Under the pieces are notes generated by a model. It was given only the letters and a program-made list of their open reading frames with translations. It was not told where the DNA came from and made no database searches. From NCBI RefSeq assembly GCF_009914755.1, contig NC_060926.1: a DNA stretch of 64,000 nucleotides. One strand, 5' to 3'. The translations under genes and the position numbers were made by a program. This stretch comes from the human T2T-CHM13v2.0 reference genome, Homo sapiens. This document shows, piece after piece, positions 1 to 14,800 of the stretch; within the stretch, counting starts at the first letter, position 1; each line of letters opens with the position of its first letter.

Positions 1-642
1 GTCCTTCCTATGCATGCATCAGAAGCATCATCTTTTGGGTTTGCTTCCACTAAGTGAACTCCCACTCTTCCTTCAAAACTAGGTTACACATCACTTCTTG
101 CCCAAAACTTTTCCTGAACCTTTGCAGAGGAATGAATCCTTCTCAGATACCAAAGAATACCATGCAACCATCAAAGAGAATGAGGGATGGAAAACTAACC
201 ATATTTTTAGAGGAGAAAAAAAAACTCACAATATTTCTATTTTGATTCAGTTTTTCTTAAATGACTGTACAAATAGGTATATATAGTTTGAATATGTATA
301 TAGAAAGGTCTGAGGAATATACATACCTGGTAACAGGAAACTTTTAAATTTTATGCACCTCTGTGTTTTTTAAATCTACATACTATTTTTATAATTTTTT
401 GAATTTAATAACAATTAGAGTAATTACCAAGAGAGTAATTGCTTAAATAATTACAGGGAAGAATCAACTGCTGTTATAGCTCTAGTATATCATGTTATGG
501 TTGCATGTGTCTTCCTGCACTGTTCAGCTGTGAGCTCCTGAATGGCAAGGCCTTCAGGCTATTCTGCCTGTCACCAGTGCCCAGCATTTCCCTGACACTC
601 AGTGGGTGCGCACCACGTACTTACTGAACTTAAGAGATCCAC

Positions 643-959
<317 letters not shown>

Positions 960-1879
960 TCAATCAGTCCCAGGGGAGGTCGGGTCTGCCACTGAGGTAC
1001 AGCCTGTGGTCAGTTGGTATGTCTGGTCCTAGTGGAAAGACAATAGCAGGAAGGAAGTGATAGTGGTGGCTGGACCAATACTGCCTACAGCCTCACCACA
1101 AAAGAAACAGTTTGGTGGTGGTGATAGGGAGAAGAGGACTTTGTTGGTGACAATTGGCTACAAATGGTCTGTGGGTCACTGCCGCTTGCTTTCTCAAATC
1201 CCTACTCCAGTTCTATCAGCTGTGTCTGCCTGCCCCGAGGTAGTCCCTACTCTTTTTCTAAACAATAGAATTCCACATTCATTTTATAGAGCCCCACATA
1301 AATAAAAGAAATTGGCCTATTTTCACACAGTTTATCTCCTTTCTATTTCCATCCCTTCAGAATCCTGTAATCATGAGATTGCCTAAATGGTCTCTCTGGA
1401 AGGCCCTGGCAACGTCTAGGCACGCATCCTGTCTTGCATTTGTAGATCAGATTCTCAGACTCCAAATTGGGCCAGATGTAAATGGGTAACAACTGTCTGT
1501 GTTCTCTCTATCCCACTAAAAGCATCGGGCATTCCTCCTCTCCTTCTCTTATTGAAATAACTTGCGTAAATCATGCTAGACTTTGCACCTTGACCTCCTT
1601 AGGCCACACGTGGAAATTGATTCCCTGCCTTTCACCACCACCACCACACACTCATATACTTTGTGCCAGATTCCTAAGAGAGATTGAATGTGTATAATTT
1701 TTTAATCTCATGATTTTGGAAAATCAGAAACTGTTACTACTCCATAACTAAGGGAGAAGAATAAAAGAGGTATGTTCATATTTATTATATTTATATCTAA
1801 GTGCTATAGCAATACCTTTTGACAAAAATATAATTTTAAAGTCACATTTTAGGAGAAGCGTAGTACTCATTCTCACTGA

Positions 1880-2197
<318 letters not shown>

Positions 2198-2757
2198 TAA
2201 TTTTTTTTTTTTTTTTTAAATCCTGACCTATACTAAGAGTTTGGAATGGATATTTGAGGGGAGGAGAAGACAGGTCACTCAGCAAACATGAAGCACCTAC
2301 TTCAGCCATGCTTTGGAATTTAAAAATGACAAATGTAAGATACTGCCTCATCCCTGCCCTTGAATTCATGTTATAGTTTTAACACACCCCACTGCAATCA
2401 TGAAATGTGGTATACATTCCATAAAACTAGAATCAAATAGGATCAATTGCATCTTACTCATTGATATCCTTGTGAAGACTGTGTAGGCCAGAAGTGAGAA
2501 GATGATTTGAAACCCTTCTGTTTCCTACATGGAGTGTTGATTCTGTATAATGTGTTGCTTCTCTCCTGAGAAATCCAGTGTTCTGTTTTATTTCCTATTG
2601 CACATGTTGTACTTCCATGCCCTTTTTATATTCTGCTACTTTCCCTAGTTTCAGTTTAGTCATAGGGATTGTATAGCTCCCACTTTTCCTTTCTCTGGAA
2701 ATACCATGCATGTTTTAACTGGAAGACCCTGATGAGGTAAAATATTAGGACGTTATT

Positions 2758-3056
<299 letters not shown>

Positions 3057-4453
3057 TTAGGACATTATTAAAATAAAACCAGAAACTGGTTTGTTAAAGC
3101 TCCTTTCTTAACCATCTGTTCTATCATCAGTCACTTCAGGCTGTTTGGTGTCAAAATTACAGAGTCCCCCACCATATTACACCAGTTTCTCTACTTAGAG
3201 CTAAGTCCTTCTCCAGGTCACAGAAAGAAGTTGTTCCAGGGATAGAAAAAATTCCTGTTGAGGGAAAGTTCTGGGGAGGTCGGGAGGATGTGTAGCTCCT
3301 GCCTGATGTCCCTAACACTTCAGGTGGTGACTAAACTCTTGGTATGGATGTGACTCCCTCCCCATGAGATTGCCAGGTTGAAGACCAGCTGAGGAGTCAT
3401 CTGCCCCCTTCTCAGCCTTACCAACTCGATTTTTGCTGGATTTAGGAAATAGGACAGTTCTGGTTCTTTATCCTACTACTGTAGGCCCTACTTGGCCATG
3501 ACCATTGATTGTGTCCAAAAGTTCATGCCTGGCAGGAAAGCAAGAACTCATGATGGATGTCTTGAGAACCATGCTTCCTTGAGTAGGAGATGGCGCTCTC
3601 CCCCCAGACAGAGACTAATTGAGAAGACTGACATTAAGGAATGCTACCAGAATACCCCAGAATTTGACTTGAGCCCTAATCTTTGTGTGTGGGAGCTGTC
3701 CAACATTTCAGCATACTTTTGCATTTGCCTACTTTGAAAGAAACATGATAATAATCTGGCTGTCTTGACTGTTTTACTGTGTGCCATGTTCTGAGGAAAC
3801 TGACACAATTCAGGATCTAGTCTCTCAGGTATTTTGATCTGATAACTTAATTATCAGCTTTTCTTGAGGTCACCAAGCCCTGAGAAAACTGACTTACATT
3901 TATATGCTTAGGCACATTTGTACCAGAAAGTCAATTTAATAAATATACTTCTTCCCTGTATCATGGTGGCTTGAAAATCAGAAAGGTAATCAGAGCTTGA
4001 TTTATAAGCATGAAATCAGAGCAAATACAATTGGAAGTTAAGAAATTATGTGTTATCCACACCATGGTTCAAGCTTGATTAATTCTCCTCTCTCTACCAG
4101 AGGAGACATCATTCATCCTAGTGACCAGAATACCAATTCCAGCTAAGCAGAGTGGTCCATTGGACAGTGTTACAGTTGCACTAACATAGTTTTCCTTTCT
4201 AACTATCTTTTTCTCTAGATTCCATAATAAGCCATCCCCTTTTTATAATTGCCATTACAATCAGCTTCTACATCATGACATCGTTACAGTTTGCCAAGTT
4301 TGTAGCTTATTTTGCACTGATAAATTTTAAGTAAGTCCTGCTCTGTGACATCTAGGAAGACATTGTAGTTTTATTTACAATATCTCCAAATCACTCTATT
4401 TCTCCTGATAGGTAATCCTGTCTATAACATGTAGATACTTATTAACTCATTAG

Positions 4454-4920
<467 letters not shown>

Positions 4921-5446
4921 CTTATTAGTCATAATCACAGAGGGGACTCTATTCTTTCCTGGTTTTGCTGCAGTCCTATTTTGTCCTAGATATTAATAGG
5001 TTGTTTAAATCTTCAAAAGTAGTTTCCACTCTCCCCTAAAAGAACTCAGAATCCTCAGAGAAATGCCTTGCTTCAAGACCGAGGCAGGGAAACTGCAAGT
5101 TGATCCTGGAACAAATTATTCTTCTAGAAAGTAAGGAACTTACCAAAGAATGATGGGATGTGTCAACAAGACTCAAGAGCCAGCTGTAAGGGGCTCCCAC
5201 TGTGGCCACCAATACTGGGACACTATGAACATCAAAATAAATGATAATAATGTATTATAACCCTTTGAATAAAATAATCATCTATGAGTTTATACTGGCC
5301 TAAATAAATAAAAGAAAAAATAAATGGAGGAGGAAGGGATAGCTTTTCCTTTATGATGGAGTTAAAAGTTAAGAACAGTTCTTAAGTAGGTTGGAGGCCA
5401 AATCAGAATGGGGACTTTTTCAAATACCTGAGGGTCTTTCTAAGAG

Positions 5447-5448
<2 letters not shown>

Positions 5449-5513
<65 letters not shown>

Positions 5514-5518
5514 TGTGT
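5449..5518. repeat. (GT)n microsatellite
   Basis: About 29 pure GT units, one AT interruption, then 5 more units. Confidence 0.98.
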
Positions 5519-5792
5519 TTTGGAAAAGCTCCCCACAAGATACTAATGGGCCTTTTCTGTTTGGGGACTACTGATATTCCGGCCACAGAAGACAGTGGAA
5601 AGATAGCAGAGGGAAGTATGTCTTCAGCTTGCTTGGCCCATTCATATCTGCCTATCGCCTCTATTCCTTGTTATCCTCATCAATCTATTTGGCCATCTTG
5701 GAACCTGGTGTGAGTCCAAAAGGAGGAGCTCCTGCTTCTGGGGTTTGTTCTTGGGTACCCATAGAAACAGATGAGACATTAGAAGATAGGAA

Positions 5793-6136
5793 TTTTATTT
5801 TATTTTATTTTATTTTATTTTATTTTATTTTATTTTATTTTATTTATTTTTGAAACAAGGTCTTACTCTGTTGCCCGGGCTGGAGTACAGTGGTGAGATC
5901 ATAGCTCACTGCAGCCTGGATCTCCCGGGCTCCAGCTTGATCCTCCCCACTCAGCCTCCCGAATAACTGGGAATACAGGTGTGCACCACCTTGCCCCACT
6001 AATCTTTTTTATTTTTAGTAGAGATGAAGGCCTCACTATGTTGCCCACACTGGTCTTGAATTCCTGGGCTCAAGCGATATTCCTGCCTCATCTCCCAAAG
6101 TGCTGGGATTACAGGTGTGAGCCATCACACCCAGCC
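5793..6136 (-). mobile_element. AluJ with (TTTTA)n tail
   Basis: Pentanucleotide tail at 5793-5850 followed by an antisense AluJ body. Confidence 0.92.
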
Positions 6137-6201
6137 AACAGGAGTTTTCTTAACTAGCAGAGACTAACCATACAAGGTTTCCTTGTTAAACCCTTCACCA
6201 G

Positions 6202-6521
6202 GGCCGGGCGCGGTGGTTTAAGCCTGTAATCCCATCACTTTGGGAGGCTGAGGCGGGCAGATCATGAGGTCAGGAGATCGAGACCACAGTGAAACCCCGT
6301 CTCTACTAAAAATACAAAAAATTAGCCGGGCGCCGTGGTGGGCGCCTGTAGTCCCAGCTACTCGGGAGGCTGAGGCAGGAGAATGGCGTGAACCTGAGAA
6401 TGGCGTGAACCTGGGAGGCGGAGCTTGCAGTGGGCCAAGATCACACCTCTGCATTCCAACCTGGGCGACAGAGCGAGACTCCATCCCAAAATAAATAGAT
6501 AAATAAATAAATAAATAAAAA
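6202..6521 (+). mobile_element. AluY (Yd-like) with an internal 17-bp duplication
   Basis: 12-bp deletion giving GAGACCACAGTGAAAC; TSD TAAACCCTTCACC. Confidence 0.92.
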
Positions 6522-6809
6522 TAAACCCTTCACCTGAGGAACAGAAAAATACCTGGAGGGAAAGTATCTAGTGAAGAAACGGCTCTCACTTTCCAGGGGA
6601 TCTTCAAGAGAGAAAAGACAAGCCCATTAGCAGAGAAATTAAAGTCAAGTTGTGAAGTAAGCATTTAAAATATTTTTATTCTATTTTGAACTAGTGTAGA
6701 TATCTGGAGACCAAAGTTGTAAAATACATGATATGTGATCCCTGACTTCAAGGCACTTATCTTTTTGGGAAGATATTTGAAAAAAAAATTAAATGGCAAT
6801 AGTAGAAAT

Positions 6810-7359
6810 TAGCAGTCCCCAACCTTTTTGGCACCAAGGTTTTGTGGAAGACAGTTTTTCCATGGATGGGGTAGAGGGTGGGGGTTGGTTTCAGAATGAA
6901 ATTTCCACCTCAGATCATCAGGCATTACTTAGATCAAGCTTGTCCAATCCGCAGCCCATGGGTCGCATGCAGCCCAGGACAGCTTTGAATGTGGCCCAAC
7001 ACAAATTTGTAAACTTTCTTAAAACATGGAGTTTTTTTGTGATTTTTTTTTTTAGCTCATGAGCTGTCCTTTGTGTTAGCGTATGTTATGTGTGGCCCAA
7101 GACAATTCTTCTTCCCGTGTGACCCAGGGAAGCCCAAAGATTGGACAGCCCTGAGTTAGATCCTCATACAGAACACGCAGCCTAGATTCCTCAAATGCAC
7201 AGTTCACAATAGGGTTTGCGCTTCTGTGAGGATCTGGTGCCGCCGCTGATCTGACAGGAGGTGGAGCTCAGGCGGGAATGCTCGCTGTTGCTGTGCAGCC
7301 TGGTTCCTAACATTCCACGGACCCGTACTAGTCCACAGCCTGGGGGTTGGGAATCCCTG
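6810..7359 (+). mobile_element. MER1B-like hAT element
   Basis: Termini AGCAGTCCCCAACC...GGTTGGGAATCCCTG; TSD GTAGAAAT/GTAGAAAG. Confidence 0.85.
6935..7153 (-). mobile_element. MER30 hAT element nested in MER1B
   Basis: TIRs CAAGCTTGTCCAA...TTGGACAGCCCTG; TSD ACTTAGAT/AGTTAGAT. Confidence 0.88.
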
Positions 7360-7405
7360 GTAGAAAGGATAGTTTGGTAATCCCTGGTAGAAAGGATAGT
7401 TTGGT
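7352..7405. repeat. Perfect 27-bp tandem duplication
   Basis: AATCCCTGGTAGAAAGGATAGTTTGGT twice. Confidence 0.97.
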
Positions 7406-9147
7406 AACTTAAATGTTGTGTAGCAGGGTACATATATGCTTAATCCTCAAGTGAATTATGTAAACTCAATATTCACTAAATGTAGAGGAGTAAGGAATTG
7501 CTGAAGGCTAGAGAGGTCAACGAAGACAGAATAATAGAATTGTTGCATCTATTAGAAGGGACCTTAAGAAGTCATCTAAACATAAAATCTCAGCTAGTCC
7601 AGCCTTCAGTCTGGTTCTTGACCCCGATAGGGCATGCCCACAGGGTGTCATCAGCTTGAAGACCTGCCATGGTGGGACCTCACCCTTTCCTGGGGTAGAC
7701 ATGCTGCCTTTAACCATGTTAAAGCTGTCAGTTAACTGCTTTAACTGAAGCAGTACTGGGAATGTTTGTCTTCAGTGGGTCAACATCTGTTTTTCTGTAT
7801 CTTCAACACTTTGGTCACAGTTTTACAAACGCTGTGGTCACAGAAAATAAGTGTAATCCCTATTCTTCCTCTGGGCCCTTAAGTCATTAAAGGCAGTTCT
7901 CATGTCATGCTGAGTTTTTCTTCTGTCTCTAAGCTAACCCCTTAGTTTCTCCACCAGGTCCTTGGCTGACCGAGATTGGAGCATATCCACTCCACTCACT
8001 GTCATGGTCTTTCTCTTTAAACAGGCCTGCTTGTGAATGTTATTCTAAAAGTTTGCTGCACAGAACTGAAGTCAGTATTACAGGTGTCATCTGACAAGCC
8101 CAGAGGGGAGGAATATTATCACTTTCCTCATTCTAGAAGAAGGACTTTATAACCAGATATCTAGTTTCAAATCAGTTCTGTTCTCACTGGCTGTGTTACC
8201 TTGAGCATGTTACCTAAGCTCTCTGAGCCTCAGTTCAGTTCTGCTAATATCTGAGAACATTCTATGTGCTGGACACCATGCCATACAATAGGGCTGAAAA
8301 AAATCCCAGCCCTGGGGAAGCTCCTAGTGACGTGGAAGAAATAGACATACTTCTGTGTTAGAAGTATCTCCACACAGTATTACAGAAGTACCCAGAAGGC
8401 TAGGCTAACCCAGCCCAGAGGAACAGGCTGGGAGTCAGGAAAAACTTTCCAGGGGAGTTGACACTGGAGAGAGTACATGCCAGTGTAAAATCCTTATGTC
8501 TTTTGCACACAGTTTTGCAAACCTTATATCTTCTGCCAAATATCTTCCATTTGTTTTTTAAGATACAAATGCAGAACCTAGTATGTGTTTATTTGGAGTG
8601 GTTTAGCTTCTTCCTATAGCCTGTCACAGCACTTTGGAATCCTGATTCTGTCAGCTAGTGCTCACAGAAATGGTGGGACATGAGCTTGGCCTTGAAAGGA
8701 GGAGAGCATTCCAGTACAAGCCAAGGCGGGGAGGGATTCAGTATTAGGGAGACTGGCAGGAGGAAGAACAACAGTCTGACTGAAGTGAGGGGCTTGGGGT
8801 TGGAGACATCAGAGAAAGGGTTTGGGGAAGAAGGAAGTGGAATTGATCCTACAGATGTTTGGTCTTGATCCTACAGAATAGAGATATAGAGAGCCATTGG
8901 TGCTTAGGGGAAGGGGGTAACTAAAGCAGTGTTTTTGGAAAGTTTGTCTTGCAATGAGTAGCAGGAAAAGTTGAAAGAATAGGGACCAGAGGCAGGAATA
9001 CTATCCAGTCACAAAATGGCAACAACCTGGACAAGGATGATGTCAGTGAGAATGGAAGGGACAAGATGAATGAGAAAAATCAATGACTTGATGACAAGTT
9101 GGCCAAAGCAAGAGAGGCAGGATTAGGGTCCAACTACATGCACTTTT

Positions 9148-9474
9148 TTCTTCTTTCTTTCCTTCTTTCTTTTTTTTTTTTTTTTTTTGAGATGGAGTTT
9201 CGCTGTTGTCACCCAGGCTGGAGTGCAGTGCAGTGGTGTGATCTCGGCTCACTGCAACCTCCTCCTCCTGGGTTCAAGCGATTCTCCTGCCTCAGCCTCC
9301 TGAGTAGCTGGGATTACAGGCATGTGCCACCACACCCAGCTAATTTTGTATTTTTAGTAGAGACGGGTTTCTCCATGTTGGTCAGGCTGGTCTCGAACTC
9401 CTGACCTCAGATGTTCCACCTGCCTTGGCCTCCCAAAGTGCTGGGATTACAGGCGTGAGCTACTGTGCCCAGCC
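9148..9474 (-). mobile_element. AluS SINE
   Basis: Antisense dimer; TSD CAACTACATGCACTTTT. Confidence 0.93.
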
Positions 9475-10794
9475 CAACTACATGCACTTTTAATGTGACT
9501 GACATCTCATAGATTTTTTTTTGGCAGATTTTTTTAACCATTTTAGTGGATAATACAAATTTGAAATACAAATTAGTTCTAATATTTTACCATAAAACAT
9601 TTCATTTTTTCCACATTATCATTATTAAGGTTTCCATTTCAATTCTGAATATAGTTCTCAATATTTTACAACTGCAGTAAGGAAGAAAAAATATTGTTTT
9701 CAAACTACTTATCTTTCTACCAATTCTCAGTTGTTGGTTCTTAAAAAATGACTTCACAAAAATTTTTAAGATGCTAATAACAAATTTCCACTTAAATATA
9801 TGGATGGCTGATTTTACAAATAAATGTACGGGTTTGTGTTACTATTATGCTCTCCCTAGATAACAAAACAATAAAAGAAATTTTAGTAATATCAAGTAAG
9901 TACTGACCAGGTGAGTACTGTGAGACAGTGTCATGAAAAGGTTCTTAGGGGTTGAAAGACATGGTTTCTGCTCAGAGGACTCACCGCGGAGCAAAGGAGA
10001 GAGACCCGTGGACAGATAAGTACAAGGCAGGCTCCTGTGAGAAATGACAGAGGTATGAGGCTGTGGAGGCCCAGAATGTTCTCCATTATGACCCGATGAG
10101 GAGGGAGGAGGGAAGTGGAAAGAGGAACAAGGGTAGAAGAGAAAGGAGAAAAGTGAAAGACTTAAAAACAAGGAGGGAAAAGAATGAAGAAGAAAGAGTT
10201 ACAAGGAAAATAACTTGCCATTTTTTACACCTAATAATGTATGAAGTACTTTCAGATTGGTTATTTCATTTGATTCTGCCAAGAAGGCAAGAGATGAGAG
10301 ACAGGAGGAGGAGGAGGGAAGCAAGGCCCATGACCAGGAGAAGGAGCTGCACCACAAAGAGCTCAGAGCCCCTCTGGCCTCCTAGGCCGGTGCAGCTGCC
10401 GGTGTCCGCTGGTGAAGGTGGACCTCAGTGGCCCTAGTTAGAAGCCAGTGGGACCTTGTAAAACCAGGGCTCCAGCTGGGAAGTCTGAACCTCCTGGACA
10501 GAAAGCAACAGAAGCCTTAAAGTAGTTATCTTGGCAACTATTGTCAAGGACTCATTGCTGCCTGACCACAAGATTTATCCAATTATTTATCTACCTTGTT
10601 TTATTTTTTAATATTTTTTTCTCATCACGAAAGTAAGACATATTCGCTGTAGAAAATTTTGAAAATTCAGATAAACCCAAATATGAAAATAAAATCCCAT
10701 ATAACCGTACCATCAGACAGAACCACAATTATAATTTTAGAATATACTTCACATTTTTCTTCAACAACTGTTGGTATATTTTTGTTCTGTAATA

Positions 10795-11502
10795 CAATCA
10801 TACATTGCTTAATGATGGGATACATTCCGAGAAATGTGTCTTGTGATTTTGCCATTGTGCAAACATCATAGAGTGTACTCACCCAAACCTAGATGGTATT
10901 GCCTACTACATACCTAGACTGTATGGCATAGCCTATTGCTCCTAGGCTACAAACTTGTACAGCATGTGACTGCACTGGATACTGTAGGCAATTGGAACAT
11001 AATGGTTAGTATTCGGGTATCTAAATATATGGTCTGGGTATGGTGGCTCATGCCTGTAATCCCAGCACTTTAGGAGGTTGAGGCGGCAGGATCACTTGAG
11101 TCCAGGAGTTAGAGACAGCAGTGAGCCATGATTGTACCACTGAACTCCAGTGTGGGTGAGACAGAGTGAGATCCCATCATTCATAGATAGATAGATAGAT
11201 AGATAACTGATAGATAGGCATATAATTGATAGATAGGTACGTAGATCTAAACATAGAAAGGGTACGGTGAACTATGATTGCACCACTGCACTCCAGCCTA
11301 GGAAACAAATCAAGACCCCTTCATTAATTCATTCATTCACTCATAAATAAATAAATGCATATATACACACATACGTACATACATGTATACATACATACAT
11401 TAAACAGAAAGGGTACAGTAAAAATACAGCATAATCTTATGGAACCACTGTCGTACATGCAGTCTGTTGTTGATGTAAACATTGTGATGCGGTGCGTGAC
11501 TG
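10795..11502 (-). mobile_element. Tigger3a (MER7A)-like element interrupted by Alu fragments and (TAGA)n/(TACA)n tails
   Basis: Homologous to the intact copy at 32110-32460; Alu pieces at about 11031-11175 and 11267-11320. Confidence 0.82.
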
Positions 11503-11549
11503 TGTTTTCCCCCGGCTTCATGGACTGTAAACATCTTTCCATGTGTTTT

Positions 11550-11865
11550 ATCAATTGGGATTGTGTTTTGAAACAAGTAACAGCAAACCCTGTCAACAGT
11601 GGCTTGAACAAATAATGGGGTATTTTGCTCGTGAGGCAGGAGTCTGAAAGTAGGAGGTCTAGGCTAGTGGAACAGCTCAAGGACGTTGCCAAGGACACTC
11701 CTGCTGTCTTAGGCGGCTGTGTTGCTTTACGGTCTCAAGGTGGCTCTTAACTCTCAGGGAGGCTGAGAAAGCAGGCATTTTGTGTTACTGGCCTCTCTAT
11801 TGGAGACAGGTAAGGAAGAAGGGTGTTGGGATGGGAGCTGAGTCACCCAGCCAGCAGTGCCAGCA
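11550..11865. mobile_element. Old MaLR (MLT1-family) LTR fragment
   Basis: GTAACAGCAAACCC...AGTGGCTTGAACAAA...CAGCTCAAGGACGT resembles MLT1J/K/L. Confidence 0.55.
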
Positions 11866-14800
11866 TCATTACATATTCTAGAACATCCCTCTTTTCAGAG
11901 TGGCATTGTTTGGATGTGTCACAATTTATTTAACAATTCATTGTTGGACATTTCGGTGGTTTCCAGTTTTTCATTATTGTAAACATGCTAATATCTAAAG
12001 TTTTACACATATCTATAATTAGTGATTCAGTATAAAATTCCTAGAAGTGGAATTAAGGTCAAAGAGTATATAAAATCTAAAGGCTTTTAATCTTTTTTTT
12101 TTTTTTAACCAAACTGCTCTCCAAAATGGCTGTACTAAACTATATTCTCACCAATCATGTTTAAAAGAACCCATTTCCCTGTACCCTCAAAACCAGGTTT
12201 TTTGTTCTGTCATTAAGCTGTTATACCATGCCCATTAGTGTGGGTTTAACTTTGTATTAGCCCTGACCAGACTCTGAACTGCCCATCTTGGAACCCAGAG
12301 CAGTTGCACCCTTCTGTGTTGCACCTGGGGGTGTGGGTCTGCAGGCTGTCCTGTATGTCCAGGCAGGCTGGTGGGGCCCTTGTGCTGATGGGCACTGCAG
12401 AGGACCCATGATGTTTCTTGTGAGCATGCACCTCGCTCATCTATTCTTGTTTTGAAAGTCCTTTCTGCCACTGTGAAGTCATCATTTGTCCCACCTGAGT
12501 CCTAATTCAAGGCCATCCTGGCTTGTCTTAGATTGAGATGCACCTGGGAACTGGCCTCTTTCGATACAGTGCACCCCACATCCTCACTCGTTGCTCTTAC
12601 TGGCCTACCTCAGGTATAATGGCCTTACAGGTCTGTGTCATCATCTGTAACAGAGAAGGCTGAGAAGATGGTGTCAGTAGATTCTGGGGACATTTTAATC
12701 TATTAAGCTGCTTTTGAGACGTACTACAGTTTCCTGAGGAGGTGGCCAAAAGAGTGAGTGATCCCTATGCATCAACACTCTATGAAGTAATTACTAACTG
12801 GTGAGCAGTTAGCCACTACGTACGGCCCTTCTCATCCAGTGAGGAGTCAGCCATGGGTGAGACAGAAGGAGTCCCTGAACTGCAATCCTCTGGCCAGATT
12901 CTCTATATGCACACAGTGGTGTTTCAATATTCATGAGTGTAGGCAGATAGTCACGAGTAAACAAATGAGCAATGAATCCAAATGAGCAAGACAGGCTGAA
13001 TGCAGAACACAGGCCAAAGCCCCAGACCACATCACTACCCCTCTAAAATCAGAAAAAAAAATCAGAATTCTGATTCCAGGAGGGAAATGATAAGGACTCT
13101 ATTTCAATGCTCCCTTCAGGACCTTACCCTGATCTCTTGAGAGGTGACACCCTCAAGAGAGAAGCACCATCTTAGGGAATCAGCTGTCTACGAGCTTTTC
13201 TCATAGCCATGGCTTTACGCTTCTCTGTCAGTTACCATCACCACTTGGAAAGGGAAACTACAATTTATGAAGCATCTGTTATCGATCCAGCTAATGCTGG
13301 GAAGGTGATACCTGACCAGTCACTACTGTCAAACTTCCAGCTCACGGCTTCTACCCAGATCCCTCACTTTCCCCATGAGAGGGTGCTGCTCAGTATGGCA
13401 TCCACAAAATCAGTCCCTCACACAACTTACTTATTTAACAATATCACAGTCCCCATCCCCTTCTCCTTACCTAATTTCATTGTTACCGGCCCCATGTCAA
13501 AGATTATTTAAAACTCCCCGGCTGTCAAAATTCCATTAACAACCTCTGACCTATAACCGTCACTCACTGAATTGACACGTGTGAGGTTCTGTGCGGATGC
13601 TCCACTTGAGTTAGCTTGAACCTTCACAACAGTCCGGCAGCATAGGTATTTTAGAATTATTAGTAATGTTGAGCATGTTTCACATGTTTGTTGGCCATTT
13701 ACACTTCCCCTTCCATGAGTCATCTGTCAAGAGGCTCTGTGCCCACGAGCCATACACATGATGATGTCCAAAAAGCGCTTCTATTTTACTGTAAGAAACT
13801 CAGGCAAAGAGAGGCCGCCTTTGCCCAGAGGATCTCTCATGCCTGGGAGGTCGTGAGAGGCAGAGCTGGAGTTGGGTGCTGTGGAGTCCTTTTCACCACC
13901 TTTTTCATGCACCATGCTGCCCGTCCACATAGCTCAATGTGCCTGTTTATTTCTTAGGAAATACACCACAGGGCTACTATTTAGGTAGTGCAATTAAAGT
14001 TTACTTTCTGAATTCTCTATTTCCCCTATCTTTAGCAGAAAACTTGGGAAAGCCTAAGTCATTTTCCACTTCTTAGCCCCTTCCTCCTCCCCCTCATTTT
14101 CTAGGCAAAAATATGATAAGAGAGTAGCTTGGATAATGTCTAGCTTTGTTTTGGTTCTCTGGTGATGTGAATTTTTCCCATTGTTACCAAACTCCCACTT
14201 TTTCCACGTCGAAATACATTTCATGATAGCTGGAGTATGGCAACAGCACTCCTGAGTTACAGGCATGCGCCACCATGCCCAGCTAATTTCTATTTTTGTA
14301 AAGATAGGGTCTCACTATGTTGCCTAGGCTAAAACCTTCTGATAAGGATATTTTCTAGTATCTCATGTTTAGAGCAAATTACTAGAATATCAAGGATCTA
14401 GTAAAAAAAAAAAAAAAAAAGTAAATGCCATGGATATGTCTGGGATCAGTACAGATTTATCCCAGGATACTAGATCTTTAGTAGAAGGCATGAATGGTGA
14501 GAATTCCTCAGCGGGATTTCCGGATGTTTGTTAGACATGAGCACACAGATGACTTGTGGGTTCTCAAACTCGACAGCCCAAAACAGTTCACAGAAGAGTA
14601 AATATATATGGGTAATAAACATAGAAATATGTTCTCCCTCACTAGTAATCAAAGAAACATTATTTTAAAGATAAAAAAATACTTCTCTTTCAATCAACAC
14701 ACTTTTTAAAATAATAACAATGTTGGTGTTGAAATGAGCACTCATAAACTTCTGGGGAAAAAATGAAAGGTACAGCCTTTATGGAAGCTGTTAGTCCTTA

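Noticed and set aside
12235-13640. Unrecognised intronic sequence with 70-100 aa ORFs, considered as a processed pseudogene
   Set aside because: No protein similarity I can identify and no poly(A) with TSD; a BLAST or Dfam search would be needed
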